Source of the DNA: Nitrospiraceae bacterium
Lineage (GTDB): Bacteria; Nitrospirota; Nitrospiria; Nitrospirales; UBA2166
Assembly: GCA_002726235.1 (NCBI GenBank)
Contig: PBSN01000007.1
Span: 1 to 64,000, forward strand
Length of the DNA: 64,000 nucleotides
Direction of reading: 5' to 3'
A model generated the notes under the pieces. The model was not told where the DNA came from and ran no database searches. It saw only the letters and a program-made list of their open reading frames with translations. Below, one piece after another: positions 16,786-29,001 of this stretch (position 1 is the stretch's first letter; each line of letters starts with the position of its first letter). The position numbers and the translations under genes are program-made.

Positions 16786-19224
16786 TCACACGCTCGCAAG
16801 CGCCTCTTCTTCAACTTCAATGAACTCAAGTGCTTTACCTTGAAGAGAGACTTTAACTTTTCTCCCATCGCGGAAGCGCCCTTTGATTAGCTCGTCAGAC
16901 AGTGGGTCACTAAGATACTTTTGGATAGCGCGCCGCATCGGCCTTGCACCATACAGCGGCTGATACCCTTCTTGGATAAGAAAGTTTTTCACGTCTGCGG
17001 AAATTTCTAATTCGAGACCTTGGGCGCATAGCCGGTTGTGAATTTCCTGAAGTTGGATGTCGATGATCTGGTAGAGGTGTTCCTTCTCGAGGGAATGAAA
17101 GACCAAAACTTCATCAACTCGGTTGAGGAACTCTGGACTAAAGGCTTTGCGCAATTCATCAAGAACCTCATCTTGCTTCTGCTTCCGTATATCCTCTTGT
17201 TGGCGTTTCTGCTGAAATCCGAGCGAGACTTCCTTCTGGAGCAACTTGGTTCCAATATTGGAAGTCATGATTACGACGGTGTTCTTGAAATCAATCTTTC
17301 GGCCAAGGCTATCCGTCAAACACCCATCATCTAGAACTTGTAGCAATACGTTGAAGATGTCGGGATGTGCTTTTTCTATTTCATCAAAAAGCACCACGGA
17401 ATAGGGGCGACGACGAATTTGTTCCGTTAATTTTCCACCTTCTTCATAGCCCACATACCCGGGAGGCGCACCAAAGAGGCGTGAACTACTGAATTTTTCC
17501 ATGTATTCTGACATGTCGATGCGTATGAGGGCATCTTCAGACTCAAAGAGAAAACCTGCGAGGGCACGTGCAAGCTCCGTTTTGCCTACGCCCGTTGGGC
17601 CGAGAAAGATAAATGATCCGATTGGTTTCCTCGAATCTTTCAAGCCTGCACGGGAACGACGTAGCGGACGGCAGACTGCGGAAACTGCTTCGTCTTGTCC
17701 GATGACACGTTCGTGTAACTCTTCTTCCATACGAAGCAACTTCTGTGATTCTTCTTCCTCTAGTTTGAAGAGAGGAATCCCTGTCATCATTGACACCATC
17801 TGAGAAATATCATTTCGCGAGATGACAGGGCGGTTCTTTTCTTGTCCTTTCTTCCATTCGGTGCGTGAGGCATCGTGAAGTTTGCGGAGGCGCTGTTCTT
17901 CCTCTCTAAGCTTGACGGCTTCTTCAAAGTTCTGCAGTGTGATGGCAAGCTCTTTTTCCCGAACAACACGCTTAAGATCTTGTTCATGCACCTTGAGGTT
18001 GTTGGGCAACGCATAGGTTTGAAGTTTCATGCGTGAGCCACTCTCGTCAATCACATCGATGGCTTTGTCTGGGAGACAACGGTCTGAGATGTATCGATCA
18101 GAGAGGCGCACCGCATCAATGATCGCATCTTCGGTGATCTCAACTCCGTGATGGTTTTCATATCGCTCCCGTAATCCTTTGACAATCAGGATAGATTCTT
18201 CGACTGATGGCTGTTGAACATAGATTGGATGAAACCGTCGCTTGAGAGCCCCGTCTTTCTCGATATGTTTCCGATACTCATCAAGGGTAGTGGTGCCGAT
18301 ACAGTGAATCTCCCCTCGCGCAAGAGCAGGTTTCAACATGTTTGAAGCGTCAATGGAGCCTTCTGCGGCTCCGGCGCCAACGAGCGTGTGAAGTTCGTCG
18401 ACGAAAAGGATAATGTTGCCGCTTTGCACAGTTTCTTTCATGACAACTTTGAGACGTTCCTCAAACTGGCCGCGATATTTTGTTCCAGCGACAAGTGCCC
18501 CAAGGTCAAGGGCAATCACACGTCGATTGAGTAAGTTGTCGGGAACTTCCGCGTCGACGATTCGCTGAGCGAGTCCTTCAACGATGGCGGTTTTTCCCAC
18601 TCCGGATTCTCCAATGAGGGCGGGGTTGTTTTTCGTTCGACGGCACAGGATTTGAAGGACTCGCTCAATTTCTTTTACGCGCCCGATGACAGGATCCAAG
18701 GCATTTTCCTGTGCAAGCTTCGTGAGATCTCGCCCAAACTCATCGAGCGCAGGAGTCGTACTTTTTCGTTCTCGATCGCGTGGTGCAGACTTTTTGAGGT
18801 ACATCACCGTAAGTTGCCGTACTGCAAGGAGATTTGCGCCAAGACTTCGTAAGGTTTTCCCTCCAAGCCCCTCCTCTTCACGGAGAAGACCGAGGAGCAA
18901 GTGCTCACTTCCGATATGGTTATGGCCGAGAAGGCGAGCCTCTTCGATGCCAAATTCGATAACTTTCTTGACTCGGGGGCTGAACGGAATTTCTCCAAAT
19001 GCGAGTGCGGTGCCGCCACCGGGCATGTTCAGTTCGATCTCCGCCTGAATGCGTTCTGGTGAGAGGCCCATCTTCTTTAGAATTGAAGAAGCGATGCCGT
19101 CGTTATCACGTAAAAAGGCCAGAACCAAATGCTCAGTGCCGAGATAGTCATTCATGTGGCGTTCTGCTTCTTCCCGTGCAAGGATAATGATCTTCCTGCC
19201 TTTGTCGGTAAATCGCTCGAACAT
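16786..19224 (-). CDS. clpC: Clp protease ATP-binding subunit ClpC
   Basis: MFERFT after RBS AAGGAGG; two Clp_N repeats; GESGVGKT and GPTGVGKT Walker A motifs; UVR-type M domain. Confidence 0.95.
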   Translation of the reverse strand: MFERFTDKGRKIIILAREEAERHMNDYLGTEHLVLAFLRDNDGIASSILKKMGLSPERIQAEIELNMPGGGTALAFGEIPFSPRVKKVIEFGIEEARLLGHNHIGSEHLLLGLLREEEGLGGKTLRSLGANLLAVRQLTVMYLKKSAPRDRERKSTTPALDEFGRDLTKLAQENALDPVIGRVKEIERVLQILCRRTKNNPALIGESGVGKTAIVEGLAQRIVDAEVPDNLLNRRVIALDLGALVAGTKYRGQFEERLKVVMKETVQSGNIILFVDELHTLVGAGAAEGSIDASNMLKPALARGEIHCIGTTTLDEYRKHIEKDGALKRRFHPIYVQQPSVEESILIVKGLRERYENHHGVEITEDAIIDAVRLSDRYISDRCLPDKAIDVIDESGSRMKLQTYALPNNLKVHEQDLKRVVREKELAITLQNFEEAVKLREEEQRLRKLHDASRTEWKKGQEKNRPVISRNDISQMVSMMTGIPLFKLEEEESQKLLRMEEELHERVIGQDEAVSAVCRPLRRSRAGLKDSRKPIGSFIFLGPTGVGKTELARALAGFLFESEDALIRIDMSEYMEKFSSSRLFGAPPGYVGYEEGGKLTEQIRRRPYSVVLFDEIEKAHPDIFNVLLQVLDDGCLTDSLGRKIDFKNTVVIMTSNIGTKLLQKEVSLGFQQKRQQEDIRKQKQDEVLDELRKAFSPEFLNRVDEVLVFHSLEKEHLYQIIDIQLQEIHNRLCAQGLELEISADVKNFLIQEGYQPLYGARPMRRAIQKYLSDPLSDELIKGRFRDGRKVKVSLQGKALEFIEVEEEALASV

Positions 19225-19435
19225 TCTGCCTCCTTGACGTGATACTTTCCCCCGTGTGATATCGTTGAGCAAACGAGGGAAGTGACATGCTGGAAATTTC
19301 CGTCAGTCTAGGGGCCGTCCAAATTGATTGTCAAGCTTGTGTGTGGTTGACAAGGTCCTGTTGCCCACCTACCCTAAGGGCCGATCGCTTCGCTCTTTTC
19401 TTTTCATCACTCAATATGGATTTTCTGGTACAGCT

Positions 19436-20293
19436 GTGAAGACGATTGGGATTCTGGCCAAACCCAATTTTCCTGGGGTTGCTGCAACCTTGCAATACCT
19501 TGTGCCTTGGCTTAAAGAACGTCAAAAAGAGCCTTTGCTCGACCCTCTTATTGCCTCATTCTCTGTCGACGAACACACCTTAAATCTAGAGTCTGGTTTG
19601 GTGGATCAGGGCGATATGCTCTTGGTTTTTGGGGGTGATGGCACTATGTTGCGTGCAGCACGATTGGTGGCACGTCATCCTATCCCTATTTTGGGGATCA
19701 ACGTTGGTGGATTGGGGTTCTTAACGGAGATTACTCCAGACTATGTATGTTTAGCGTTAGAGAACGTATTCCGCGGAGATTTCCGGGTTGAGGAACGCCT
19801 GATGTTGCATTCGCGGGTCTGTTCGCGAATCGAGGCAGTGGTTGATGCCGTTGCGTTGAACGACGTTGTGTTTAGTAAGGGAACACTTGCAGGCATGGTC
19901 AAACTCGAGATATCAATCGGAGGAGAATTCTTAACGGCGATTCGTGGCGATGGATTGATTATTTCAACACCCACAGGGTCAACAGGATATTCACTCTCCT
20001 CAGGTGGGCCGATTGTGAACCCATCGGTGCACGCGATGATTCTGACTCCCATTAGTCCGCACATGCTGACGAATCGTCCGATTGTCGTCCCGCAGACCGA
20101 GGTTGTGCAGGTGGTGCTGTGTAGTAAAGACGAAGGGGCAGTTGCGAGTTTTGATGGACAGTCGGGTCATCCGCTGTATGAAGGAGATACCGTGGTAGTT
20201 CAAGCCTTGGACACGCGAGCACAGTTCATCCGCTTTCCCGATAAAACATTTTATCAGGTATTGAGACAGAAATTGAAGTGGGGCGAGAGTTAG
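19436..20293 (+). CDS. nadK: NAD+ kinase
   Basis: GGDGT, GLGFL, ALND, DGLIISTPTGSTGYSLSSGG; GTG start inferred. Confidence 0.95.
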   Translation: MKTIGILAKPNFPGVAATLQYLVPWLKERQKEPLLDPLIASFSVDEHTLNLESGLVDQGDMLLVFGGDGTMLRAARLVARHPIPILGINVGGLGFLTEITPDYVCLALENVFRGDFRVEERLMLHSRVCSRIEAVVDAVALNDVVFSKGTLAGMVKLEISIGGEFLTAIRGDGLIISTPTGSTGYSLSSGGPIVNPSVHAMILTPISPHMLTNRPIVVPQTEVVQVVLCSKDEGAVASFDGQSGHPLYEGDTVVVQALDTRAQFIRFPDKTFYQVLRQKLKWGES

Positions 20294-21774
20294 TTTTCTC
20301 TCACTTCGCTCGCTTTCAACCTCTTTAATCGCTCTTCGTCAAGTTCGACGTACAGGGTTTTTTCCTGAGTCATGGTCACCGTTCCGGGTGGTTTGCCTTT
20401 CACTTTTTTTACATATTTGCGTAGCGTGTAACTCACGTCGCCGTGGCCACTACGCTTGCAGCTACTGTATAGCAGTGCGAGGTGCGCGGCGTCATACAGG
20501 GTTTGTTGTGGCACTGCCGTCCGGTCTCCAACAAATATTGCCACATGAGATCCGGTAACGCCGCGCGCATGCATCCATAGGTCACGTCCCCTGGCTACTC
20601 TAAAAGTCAAGGTTTCATTCTCAGTAGCATTGCGTCCCACGCCGATCGTCAAACCATCGAATGACACAAAATGGCGATAGGGACGTTTGATTTTCTCCTG
20701 CCGTTTTTGTGGGGCTATGTTCCTTTCCGGAGATGCAAGGGATGATGCTGGTGATGACGAGCTGCCGAGGTCAGATGGTGGACTGCCTTGCAGAAGGCGA
20801 TCTCGGTCCTGCGCAAAGGATTCAAGCTCCTGCTTCATCCTTCCGATACGTGGTGGGAGTTCGCGTTGCGCCGAGCGGTATTTCTTATACTTCAGAAAAT
20901 ACCCATTCATATTTGCATTAAGACTGAGTGCTGGGTCGAGGGGAATAATCATGGTGCCAAGAAAAGGATCAAAGTAATCTTGTACGATTGCTTGCGTTGC
21001 ACCCTTGGAGATAGTGTGCATTGAGGCTTTGAGTAATTCGCCACACCGCTGATAGTCCTGGTATCGATCCATGCGTGCAAGGTCGGCTTCAAGGTTCGCG
21101 AGTCGGCGTCTGGTTTTTTTAATGCGGCGCGCATTGTTTGAAAGGAGTTCTTGTTGTACACGCTGTATCGCAAGTTCGTGTGTGAGTAGGGCGTAGCGTG
21201 TTTCAAGGCTGCGATTGACGGGATAGGGGCCATCATTGATGCAGTATCTCTGTTTGCTGGTATCTTTGTCAGCATTGTGTTGCACGGATGAGGATTGTAC
21301 GAATGGTGATTTGTAGCGGTCACCAATTGCCAAACGTCCGGGGCGGAGTGTGGCTGATACGACGTCGGTAGCATCAAGAATATAGAGATTTGCACTGCGC
21401 CCGATCAAGTCGGCTATAAGAGATCTGCTGTCTTGAGTTTTTTTGCACCGAAGTCGGACAATGCGGTCGTTGGCGACTTTCTCAATGGATACGAGTTTTG
21501 CGCCTAGCAGATGCCGACGAAGCAACTGGCAAAACTGTGGTGGGGTTGCGGGATTTGCATATTTTTGTGTGAGCAAATGAAGGCGAGGGATCTGCGGATG
21601 TGCGGAGATGTGGAGATGTAACGTTTCTCCTTCAATCCTGATTTCGAGTGTGATGGCGAGAGAATCCGGTTGGTAGATTTTCTGAATCCATCCACCTTGC
21701 AGTGGGATGGCGATTTCTTGTAATACCTGATCGATTTCGTGGATAGACTGCGACATGACACCATCATAATACAA
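20290..21774 (-). CDS. rqcH: NFACT/Rqc2 (FbpA-like) ribosome quality-control protein
   Basis: FCQLLRRHLLGAKL..NDRIV (NFACT-N) and VGRNATEN..DLWMHARGVTGSHV (NFACT-R). Confidence 0.9.
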   Translation of the reverse strand: MYYDGVMSQSIHEIDQVLQEIAIPLQGGWIQKIYQPDSLAITLEIRIEGETLHLHISAHPQIPRLHLLTQKYANPATPPQFCQLLRRHLLGAKLVSIEKVANDRIVRLRCKKTQDSRSLIADLIGRSANLYILDATDVVSATLRPGRLAIGDRYKSPFVQSSSVQHNADKDTSKQRYCINDGPYPVNRSLETRYALLTHELAIQRVQQELLSNNARRIKKTRRRLANLEADLARMDRYQDYQRCGELLKASMHTISKGATQAIVQDYFDPFLGTMIIPLDPALSLNANMNGYFLKYKKYRSAQRELPPRIGRMKQELESFAQDRDRLLQGSPPSDLGSSSSPASSLASPERNIAPQKRQEKIKRPYRHFVSFDGLTIGVGRNATENETLTFRVARGRDLWMHARGVTGSHVAIFVGDRTAVPQQTLYDAAHLALLYSSCKRSGHGDVSYTLRKYVKKVKGKPPGTVTMTQEKTLYVELDEERLKRLKASEVREN

Positions 21775-21781
21775 AAAACTG

Positions 21782-22657
21782 ATGACGATTAACGAAAGCC
21801 TGCAATGGGCAATGGAGATCTTTGAGCAGGAAGGCGTTGAGAATGCTCGTGGGAACGCGGAGCATCTCCTAGATCATTGTTTAGGCATGGATCGGACTGC
21901 GCGGTTTCTTATGCGACATGAGCGGGTGCTCTCCACTGTCGAAGAAGATGTATATCGTCGACTTGTTGCTCAGCGAGCTGATCACACGCCGTTGCAATAT
22001 CTGCTGGGTAAAGCTCCATTTCTCAATGAAGATTTGGTCGTGGATAAATGGGTTCTGATTCCTCGCCCGGAAACCGAAAAGGTGGTTGAGGTTGCCATAT
22101 GGCTTCTGCGACAGGGGGAAAGCGTAGTGGCTCCTGTGGTACTTGATATCGGAACGGGATCTGGAGCGATTGCAGTCAGCCTCGCAAAAGCGCTGCAGGC
22201 AAAGGTGTGGGCGAGTGACGTGTCGGCTGAGGCGCTTGAGGTTGCGCAGATCAATGTTCGACGTTTACAGCTCGAAGAGCAAGTGGCGGTGGTACATGGG
22301 GATCTGTTTTGTCCGTTCCATGTGCTTAACCTCGCAGGACAAGTTGATCTTGTGATTTCCAATCCACCATACATCCCACATAGGGTGGTGGATACTCTTG
22401 CTCCTGAGGTCTCCCAACATGAACCGCGGATGGCGTTGGATGGTGGCGAGGATGGGTGTGATTTTTATCGAGCGATTGTTCCGGCCGCCATCCCGTTTTT
22501 GAAACCCGGCTTGGGGTGGCTGGTCTTAGAACTAGGTGATGGTCTTGCCGTGAAGGTGCAGGATATCATCGGAAATCAGCGCGAGTTCAGTACTCCCCAG
22601 GTGTTTCCGGATCTCAATGGGAAAGATAGGGTGATTATGGCGAAACGAGGACGGTGA
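21782..22657 (+). CDS. prmC: Release factor glutamine methyltransferase
   Basis: VLIPRPETE, DIGTGSG, SNPPY, ALDGGEDG. Confidence 0.96.
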   Translation: MTINESLQWAMEIFEQEGVENARGNAEHLLDHCLGMDRTARFLMRHERVLSTVEEDVYRRLVAQRADHTPLQYLLGKAPFLNEDLVVDKWVLIPRPETEKVVEVAIWLLRQGESVVAPVVLDIGTGSGAIAVSLAKALQAKVWASDVSAEALEVAQINVRRLQLEEQVAVVHGDLFCPFHVLNLAGQVDLVISNPPYIPHRVVDTLAPEVSQHEPRMALDGGEDGCDFYRAIVPAAIPFLKPGLGWLVLELGDGLAVKVQDIIGNQREFSTPQVFPDLNGKDRVIMAKRGR

Positions 22658-22799
22658 GAATGCGAAATGATGGATGCTGAACGTCAAATGCGCTTGAATA
22701 GAGGATGGCAACTGAAAAAAACGTGTTCATCGCTTTACACTTCTACAATCGACGGAATCTACGGCTTCCAGGTTGCCGTTGTGCGTGGATATCCCGAAT

Positions 22800-23996
22800 C
22801 TAAGGTTCAACCGCTTTTCTGGTCTGCAGACGGAATGATCGACCCGGAAGAATTTTGCCCATGACAACGAGGCGGTCGGCGCCTGTCACGGATGGAAGAT
22901 TATTTGGTGTTCCATGAATGGTTTGGTAGGCCATAATGGCGAACGCGGTGGCTTCGATAGTTTTGCTATTCCATTCGTACGCTTCTGCGGTGTTTACTGA
23001 AATGGGGGCGAACGCAGTACGGAATTCTTTGACTAAGGTGTGATTTTTTGTTCCACCACCTGCAAGAATGACTTCATCGACTGTCCCCTTGAGAAAGCGT
23101 TGACTTGTGTTCGCTGCTTGAGCAGTGAACGCGGTCACTGTTGCGACGAAGTCTTCGTTTTGCATCTTGCATCGCCTCGCATCTCGCATCAGTCGCTGAA
23201 CGTAGGCGTTGCCAAATTCTTCCCTTCCGGTCGATTTCGGGGGACGACGTTTCAAAAACGGGTGCTTCGACAGGGCTGTCAGAAGGGCTTGGTTGATGCG
23301 CCCTTTTGCTGCGGTGGAACCATTGGTATCTTGGCGTGCTTTGCCCTTGGTGATGTGTGTGATGGCGCTGTTGATCATCATGTTGCCTGGGCCGACATCG
23401 AATGCGGCGATAGTGCCTCCTGTCATTGTGGAGGGAAGGTAGGTTACATTGCAGATGCCACCGAGATTCACGATCAGTCGAGATCTGGTTTTATGCTGAA
23501 ACAGAATGTGATGTGCATAGGGAGTTAGTGGCGCACCTTCTCCACCAGCGGCCATGTCACGCGGACGAAAGTCTGCGACGGTGGTCACTCCGGTTCGTTC
23601 TGCGATGATTGCTGGTTCTCCTATCTGAAGGGTGGATCTATGTGGTGCGCGTGAATGATGGTAGAGGGTTTGCCCATGTGAGCCAATGAGATGAATGTCA
23701 TGGTTGGTCAGGCCGGATAATCGGATGAGTTTTAACGCTGTTGCTGCGAAGCGCTCTCCGAGCGTTACGTTTAGATCGCACACTTCCGGCCCGGTTCCGG
23801 ATTCGCATATTTGAAGAATATGGGCTTGAAGTTTTCGGGGATAGGTGCTGGACGCAAATGCCAAGAGTTTCACGATCATTCGCGGACCGTGCCCCTTGAT
23901 CGAGACAAGGGAAGCATCGATTCCATCAGCAGAGGTGCCTGACATCAGACCAATGACATTCAATGGTGAAAAAATCTCCTTTTCGGGAGTGAGCAT
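22800..23996 (-). CDS. anmK: Anhydro-N-acetylmuramic acid kinase
   Basis: GLMSGTSADGID, GSHGQT, DFRPRDMAAGGEGAPL, PPKSTGREEF. Confidence 0.96.
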   Translation of the reverse strand: MLTPEKEIFSPLNVIGLMSGTSADGIDASLVSIKGHGPRMIVKLLAFASSTYPRKLQAHILQICESGTGPEVCDLNVTLGERFAATALKLIRLSGLTNHDIHLIGSHGQTLYHHSRAPHRSTLQIGEPAIIAERTGVTTVADFRPRDMAAGGEGAPLTPYAHHILFQHKTRSRLIVNLGGICNVTYLPSTMTGGTIAAFDVGPGNMMINSAITHITKGKARQDTNGSTAAKGRINQALLTALSKHPFLKRRPPKSTGREEFGNAYVQRLMRDARRCKMQNEDFVATVTAFTAQAANTSQRFLKGTVDEVILAGGGTKNHTLVKEFRTAFAPISVNTAEAYEWNSKTIEATAFAIMAYQTIHGTPNNLPSVTGADRLVVMGKILPGRSFRLQTRKAVEP

Positions 23997-24071
23997 ACCT
24001 CCCGCTCGTTTTCTTGACAATGCGCAAAAAACGGCAGTACCATCATGTCGCATCACGTCGTAGCGAATTAC

Positions 24072-25412
24072 ATGATTCACACTCTCCTACATGGCTGTCG
24101 AATCACCTTTTTCATCGCGATTTTTCCCTTACTCGTAGTTGGGGCTTCACTCAACGTTGCGTCTGCCGCAACTGTCATGGTTGCCACCTACGAAGGGGTG
24201 ATCAACCCGGTCACTGCGGAATATTTCCAATCCGTACTTGATGAGGCAGTTGAGTCCAATGCGCATCTCCTAGTGTTTCAGCTCGATACTCCGGGCGGCC
24301 TTGATACGTCAATGCGGCTGATTATCAAGGAAATCAATGCTTCGCCCGTTCCAGTGGTCGTCTTTGTCTCTCCCAATGGGGGCCGTGCCGCCTCTGCCGG
24401 CGTTTTCATCACCATGGCCGCACATGTTGCGGCTATGGCGCATGGGACGAATATCGGTGCAGCGCACCCCGTCGCCATGGGTGGTGGCGAGATGGACAAG
24501 GTGATGAAGGCTAAAGTTGAGAACGATGCGGTCGCATATATCAAGTCGATCGCGGAAAAGCGTGGTCGCAATGCGGAGTGGGCTGAAGATGCGGTTCGAA
24601 AAAGTGTATCGGTGACAGAGAAAGAAGCGTTGGAACTTGGAGTGATCGATCTCGTGGTCGCGGATCTCAACGAGCTTCTCGTTGCTATTGATGGGCGTGA
24701 GGTGGAAACGGCTACGGGAACGGTCGTGTTAAAGACTAAGGACGTACATCTTCAAGACGTTCCAATGACGTGGCGTTTTGAGTTTCTCAAGGTGCTGAGC
24801 GATCCTAACATCGCCTATATCCTCATGACCATCGGGACCATAGGCATCATTGCGGAATTGTATAGTCCGGGGATGATCTTGCCAGGCGTCGTTGGGGCCG
24901 TGAGCCTTATTCTTGCGTTTTATTCGTTTCAAACATTGCCCATCAATTACGCAGGGTTATTATTGATGATGCTTGGTGTTGTCCTGCTGATTCTCGAGAT
25001 GCAGATGTTCAGCTATGGGCTACTGAGCATCGGTGGAATCGCTGCTATGATTCTTGGATCTGTAATGCTGATGAATGGTGGGGCGGAGTTTCAGAAGGTA
25101 TCCTTAAGCGTAATCCTTCCAGTGGTTTTGGTGTTCGCGGGGTTCATCCTGCTGCTGACTGGGTTAGCGGTGAAATCATTTCGACGAAGGCCGGTGACGG
25201 GGGCTGAGGCGCTGGTGGGCATGACAGTCCTAGCCAAAACTGATCTTGACTTGGAGGGTCAGGTGTGGCTTAAGGAGGGGGGGGAATTGTGGAATGCTAC
25301 TAGTGATGTGCCGATTCGGGTTGGGCAAGAGGCTGATGTTACGGCGGTTAAGGGTTTGCGTTTGTTGGTGACACAACACGACAAAGCTAAAGAAGGGGAA
25401 TCATCGACATGA
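24072..25412 (+). CDS. nfeD: NfeD membrane-bound ClpP-class serine protease
   Basis: [22 protein letters not shown] bundle and C-terminal OB fold. Confidence 0.93.
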   Translation: MIHTLLHGCRITFFIAIFPLLVVGASLNVASAATVMVATYEGVINPVTAEYFQSVLDEAVESNAHLLVFQLDTPGGLDTSMRLIIKEINASPVPVVVFVSPNGGRAASAGVFITMAAHVAAMAHGTNIGAAHPVAMGGGEMDKVMKAKVENDAVAYIKSIAEKRGRNAEWAEDAVRKSVSVTEKEALELGVIDLVVADLNELLVAIDGREVETATGTVVLKTKDVHLQDVPMTWRFEFLKVLSDPNIAYILMTIGTIGIIAELYSPGMILPGVVGAVSLILAFYSFQTLPINYAGLLLMMLGVVLLILEMQMFSYGLLSIGGIAAMILGSVMLMNGGAEFQKVSLSVILPVVLVFAGFILLLTGLAVKSFRRRPVTGAEALVGMTVLAKTDLDLEGQVWLKEGGELWNATSDVPIRVGQEADVTAVKGLRLLVTQHDKAKEGESST

Positions 25413-26182
25413 GTATATTCTCGATGCCTGTCATTGTTATTGCGGTGATCGTGATGATTTTATACAGCGGGGTCAAGGTTCTGCGGGAATATGAGCGTGG
25501 GGTGATATTTTTCTTCGGCAAACGCTCCAAGGCGCTTATCGGAGGCAACGGTCCCGGCATCATCGTGCTCATCCCCGGTGTGTATCAAATGGTAAAGGTC
25601 AGTCTGAGAACAGAAACCCTCGATGTTCCCTCACAGGACATTATCACCAAGGACAACGTGACAGTGAAAGTGAATGCCGTGGTTTTTTTCCGGGTTGTTG
25701 ACCCTGATAAAGCCATCTTGGATGTCGAGAATTATCTGTATGCGACACAGCAGATGTCTCAGACAACCCTGCGTAGCGTTCTTGGTCAGAGCCTGCTGGA
25801 TGACTTGCTTTCAAAACGAGAAGAGATCAATTCAGAGCTTCAGCGGATTATCGATCTACAGACGGAGCCGTGGGGTGTCAAGGTGATGGCAGTGGAAGTC
25901 AAGAATGTTGACCTCCCACAAGAAATGCAGCGAGCCATTGCTCGTCAAGCTGAGGCAGAGCGGGAACGGCGAGCAAAGGTGATCCATGCCGATGGAGAAT
26001 ATGAGGCATCAAGCCGCCTTGCCGACGCGGCCGAGATTATGTCTCGTACTCCTGCGACCCTTCAGCTTCGCTATCTTCAAACCCTGACAGAGATCACCGT
26101 GGGTCAAAACACGACCGTGGTATTCCCACTGCCCATGGACATCCTATCTGCCTTTGTCCCGAAGAAGCCGCCTGAGACGTGA
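25409..26182 (+). CDS. SPFH/stomatin (slipin) family protein
   Basis: [41 protein letters not shown]; coupled to nfeD. Confidence 0.93.
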   Translation: MSIFSMPVIVIAVIVMILYSGVKVLREYERGVIFFFGKRSKALIGGNGPGIIVLIPGVYQMVKVSLRTETLDVPSQDIITKDNVTVKVNAVVFFRVVDPDKAILDVENYLYATQQMSQTTLRSVLGQSLLDDLLSKREEINSELQRIIDLQTEPWGVKVMAVEVKNVDLPQEMQRAIARQAEAERERRAKVIHADGEYEASSRLADAAEIMSRTPATLQLRYLQTLTEITVGQNTTVVFPLPMDILSAFVPKKPPET

Positions 26183-26261
26183 GAAAGACGCTTCACCAAT
26201 CTAGTCTAATGCAGTGTCCTCTGCGGATGTGATAAGCAGGTAGGGAGATTACAGCGGCTCG

Positions 26262-27638
26262 ATGTTTGCCCCGCTTGCTTGGTTTAAAAGAGGGCTCCCG
26301 GCACAACGCCTCACCCCCACTCAGATCCTATTCCTTGGCTATGTCGTTATTATCGGGATAGGGGCGGGTTTGCTCCTTTTGCCGATCTCGACCCCAGATG
26401 GTGGCATCAGTTGGGTTGATGCCGTCTTTACGGCAACATCGGCAACCAGTATTACCGGCCTTATTGTTCTCGATACCCCACGTGATTTCACGCTGTTTGG
26501 TCAGCTTGTCATCCTCGGTCTGATTCAAATCGGCGGAATTGGGTATATGACCATTGCTGCTCTGCTCGTGATTATTCTGGGACGTAGAATTGGGATGCAG
26601 GAACGACGCCTTCTTCAGGAATCCTTAAATCTGATGAGTCCTGAGGATATTCTGCGTTTCGTGTTGCAGGTGGTCAAAATAACTTTTCTCATCGAGGGGG
26701 CAGGTGCAGGGGTTTTTGCCCTTCGATTCTGGGAGGATTTCGAGCCGGCGTACGCCGTGTATTACGGTATCTTTCACTCGATCTCTGCCTTCAATAACGC
26801 AGGGTTTACCCTCTTTTCCAATAGCTTGGCGACTTACCGCCTCGACCCGGTCATCAATGGCGTCGCGATGATTCTTATCATCACTGGCGGGATAGGGTTT
26901 CTTGTCTATGGCAATGTCGTCGGTGTGATCCGAAAGCGGGATCTGCGGCTGTCCGTACACACGAAGATGGTGTTAAGTGTCACCGCAGTACTGATTGTGA
27001 TGGGAACGCTTGTGGTGTTGTTATTCGAGCATGCAAATCCTAGGACGCTTGGGATATTGTCCTGGCCGGAAAAAGTCATGGTCGCTGGCTTTCAAGTAGT
27101 CTCAGGGAGGACGGCGGGGTTTGGAACTGTCGATGTATCCATGTTTACCGACTCGACATTGTACTTCGTGGTATTCTTAATGTTCGTCGGAGGTTCTCCA
27201 GGAAGCACGGGTGGGGGAATCAAAACTACCACTTTTGGGACCATTGTGATGGCCTTGTGGGCGACCATGCGTGGGTATCGAGATGTGATGGTGTTTTATC
27301 GACGCATTCCAACCGATATTGTTGCCAAGGCCTTTTACTTGGCAGGATTGGCCATTGTTCTTGTCTCAGTGGCCACTCTCGTTCTTACGTTTGTGGAACG
27401 ACAGGATTTTATGAGTACGTTGTTCGAAGTCACTTCGGCTGCCGCAACGGTGGGGATGTCGACGGGTGATGGTGCTTCACACAGTCTTTCTGCCACGTTT
27501 AGTGACGGGGGAAAGTTGTTAATTGTACTGTTGATGTTGATTGGAAGGATTGGGCCGTTAGCCATCAGCATCGCGATCGTTGGTGGGAGCCAACACGCGA
27601 GATTTCGCTATGCCGAGGAGAAGCTTGTCATTGGATAA
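26262..27638 (+). CDS. ktrB: Ktr/Trk K+ uptake membrane subunit
   Basis: TATSATSITGL, SAFNNAGF, RTAGF, GSTGGGIKTTT, ATVGMS pore loops. Confidence 0.93.
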   Translation: MFAPLAWFKRGLPAQRLTPTQILFLGYVVIIGIGAGLLLLPISTPDGGISWVDAVFTATSATSITGLIVLDTPRDFTLFGQLVILGLIQIGGIGYMTIAALLVIILGRRIGMQERRLLQESLNLMSPEDILRFVLQVVKITFLIEGAGAGVFALRFWEDFEPAYAVYYGIFHSISAFNNAGFTLFSNSLATYRLDPVINGVAMILIITGGIGFLVYGNVVGVIRKRDLRLSVHTKMVLSVTAVLIVMGTLVVLLFEHANPRTLGILSWPEKVMVAGFQVVSGRTAGFGTVDVSMFTDSTLYFVVFLMFVGGSPGSTGGGIKTTTFGTIVMALWATMRGYRDVMVFYRRIPTDIVAKAFYLAGLAIVLVSVATLVLTFVERQDFMSTLFEVTSAAATVGMSTGDGASHSLSATFSDGGKLLIVLLMLIGRIGPLAISIAIVGGSQHARFRYAEEKLVIG

Positions 27639-27702
27639 GCGATATTATGGTGAATGTTAGTGTGTTAACCTCCATTCATCATTATTTGCAGTGGAGGTGG
27701 GG

Positions 27703-28392
27703 ATGAATCGTCAGGTTGCGGTTTTAGGCTTGGGACGCTTTGGGTCGAGTGTCGTTGAAGCTTTGGTGAAGCGCAGTGTTGATGTTCTCGCGATTGACAA
27801 CAATCCGGAAAGTGTTCAAAAGATCAGCGAGATCGCGACCTATGCTGTGCAGTGTGATGCCACCGATGTCAAGGCGTTGCGGGCTGTCAATGCGCAGGAT
27901 GTAGATGTTGCGGTGGTTAGTATGGGGCAGGATGTTGAAGCTACGATTTTGATCGTCATGATTTTGAAGGATCTTGGCATTAAGGACATTGTTGCCAAGG
28001 CATTTACTCCACTCCATGGAAAGATTTTGACCAATCTTGGTGTGAAGGAGGTCATTTATCCGGAACGCGATGCTGCCGTTCGTCTCTCACGGAGACTTGC
28101 GGCGCCACGTGTATTGCAATATCTCGAAGTATCATCTGGGTATTTTATTGAGGAGGTCAAAGTTCCCCGAACCATGGTCGGAAAGCGTCTTGGCGAGACC
28201 AATCTTCGAACCCAATATAAAGTGAATGTCATTGGCATCAAGCATTGGGTACAGAAGACGGAAAAAGGGCAGGCCGTGATGGCCCTCAATTTCAATTTTG
28301 TACCGTCACCGGAAGATCTCCTAGACGACGGCGATGTCATTGTGGTGCTTGGAAAACCGGCTGATTTAGAGTGGCTTGCTGCGTTTGAATGA
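27703..28392 (+). CDS. ktrA: Ktr/Trk NAD-binding regulatory subunit
   Basis: GLGRFG RCK-N domain, VIYPE, RCK-C domain. Confidence 0.93.
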   Translation: MNRQVAVLGLGRFGSSVVEALVKRSVDVLAIDNNPESVQKISEIATYAVQCDATDVKALRAVNAQDVDVAVVSMGQDVEATILIVMILKDLGIKDIVAKAFTPLHGKILTNLGVKEVIYPERDAAVRLSRRLAAPRVLQYLEVSSGYFIEEVKVPRTMVGKRLGETNLRTQYKVNVIGIKHWVQKTEKGQAVMALNFNFVPSPEDLLDDGDVIVVLGKPADLEWLAAFE

Positions 28393-28437
28393 GCAATACC
28401 GCCGTGTTCTACCTTCGATACTCCTCTTCAAAGTGGG

Positions 28438-29001
28438 ATGAAGTTTTACCTGAATAGGTGGCCCCTTGCCACGGTGTTTCTAGGCATTGCCGCTGTGCTG
28501 GCTTTGCTGATTGGAATCGGCGTTGAAAAACCAAAGCGCGTTGCTGAGGTTCCCGGCGTGTTTAAGAATGCTGATGCTGAGATTGATCGCTTTTCCTTCA
28601 TTCAAACAAAAGATGGAAAAATGCAATGGAAGGTTCAAGCTCGTCGTGCGCGAATTGTAGAAAACGAATTCAAGGCTGTGTTGGAAGATCCTCGAGTAAC
28701 GCTCTTTAAGGAGGAGGGAGCTCAGATGATTTTAGAAGGGGATGAAGGTGTGGTGGATACCGAATCGCATAATTTTACGTTGAAGAAACGCGAAGGCTCC
28801 ATTCCCATCCATTTGGAGAGCGGGTACACTATCTATACGAATCAGTTGCAGTGGATTGACCAGAATCAAGAGATCTCTACCGATGCACCGGTTACGATTT
28901 ATGGTGATGGGATCGAAATTACAGGCTTGGGCTTACGGGGGGTGCTTGGGACTGAGACCTTCACAATTACCAATGATGTCCGTGCCGTGGTTGCGAACTA
29001 G
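28438..29001 (+). CDS. lptC: LPS export protein LptC
   Basis: Single N-terminal TM; beta-jellyroll-type sequence; position before lptAB. Confidence 0.85.
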   Translation: MKFYLNRWPLATVFLGIAAVLALLIGIGVEKPKRVAEVPGVFKNADAEIDRFSFIQTKDGKMQWKVQARRARIVENEFKAVLEDPRVTLFKEEGAQMILEGDEGVVDTESHNFTLKKREGSIPIHLESGYTIYTNQLQWIDQNQEISTDAPVTIYGDGIEITGLGLRGVLGTETFTITNDVRAVVAN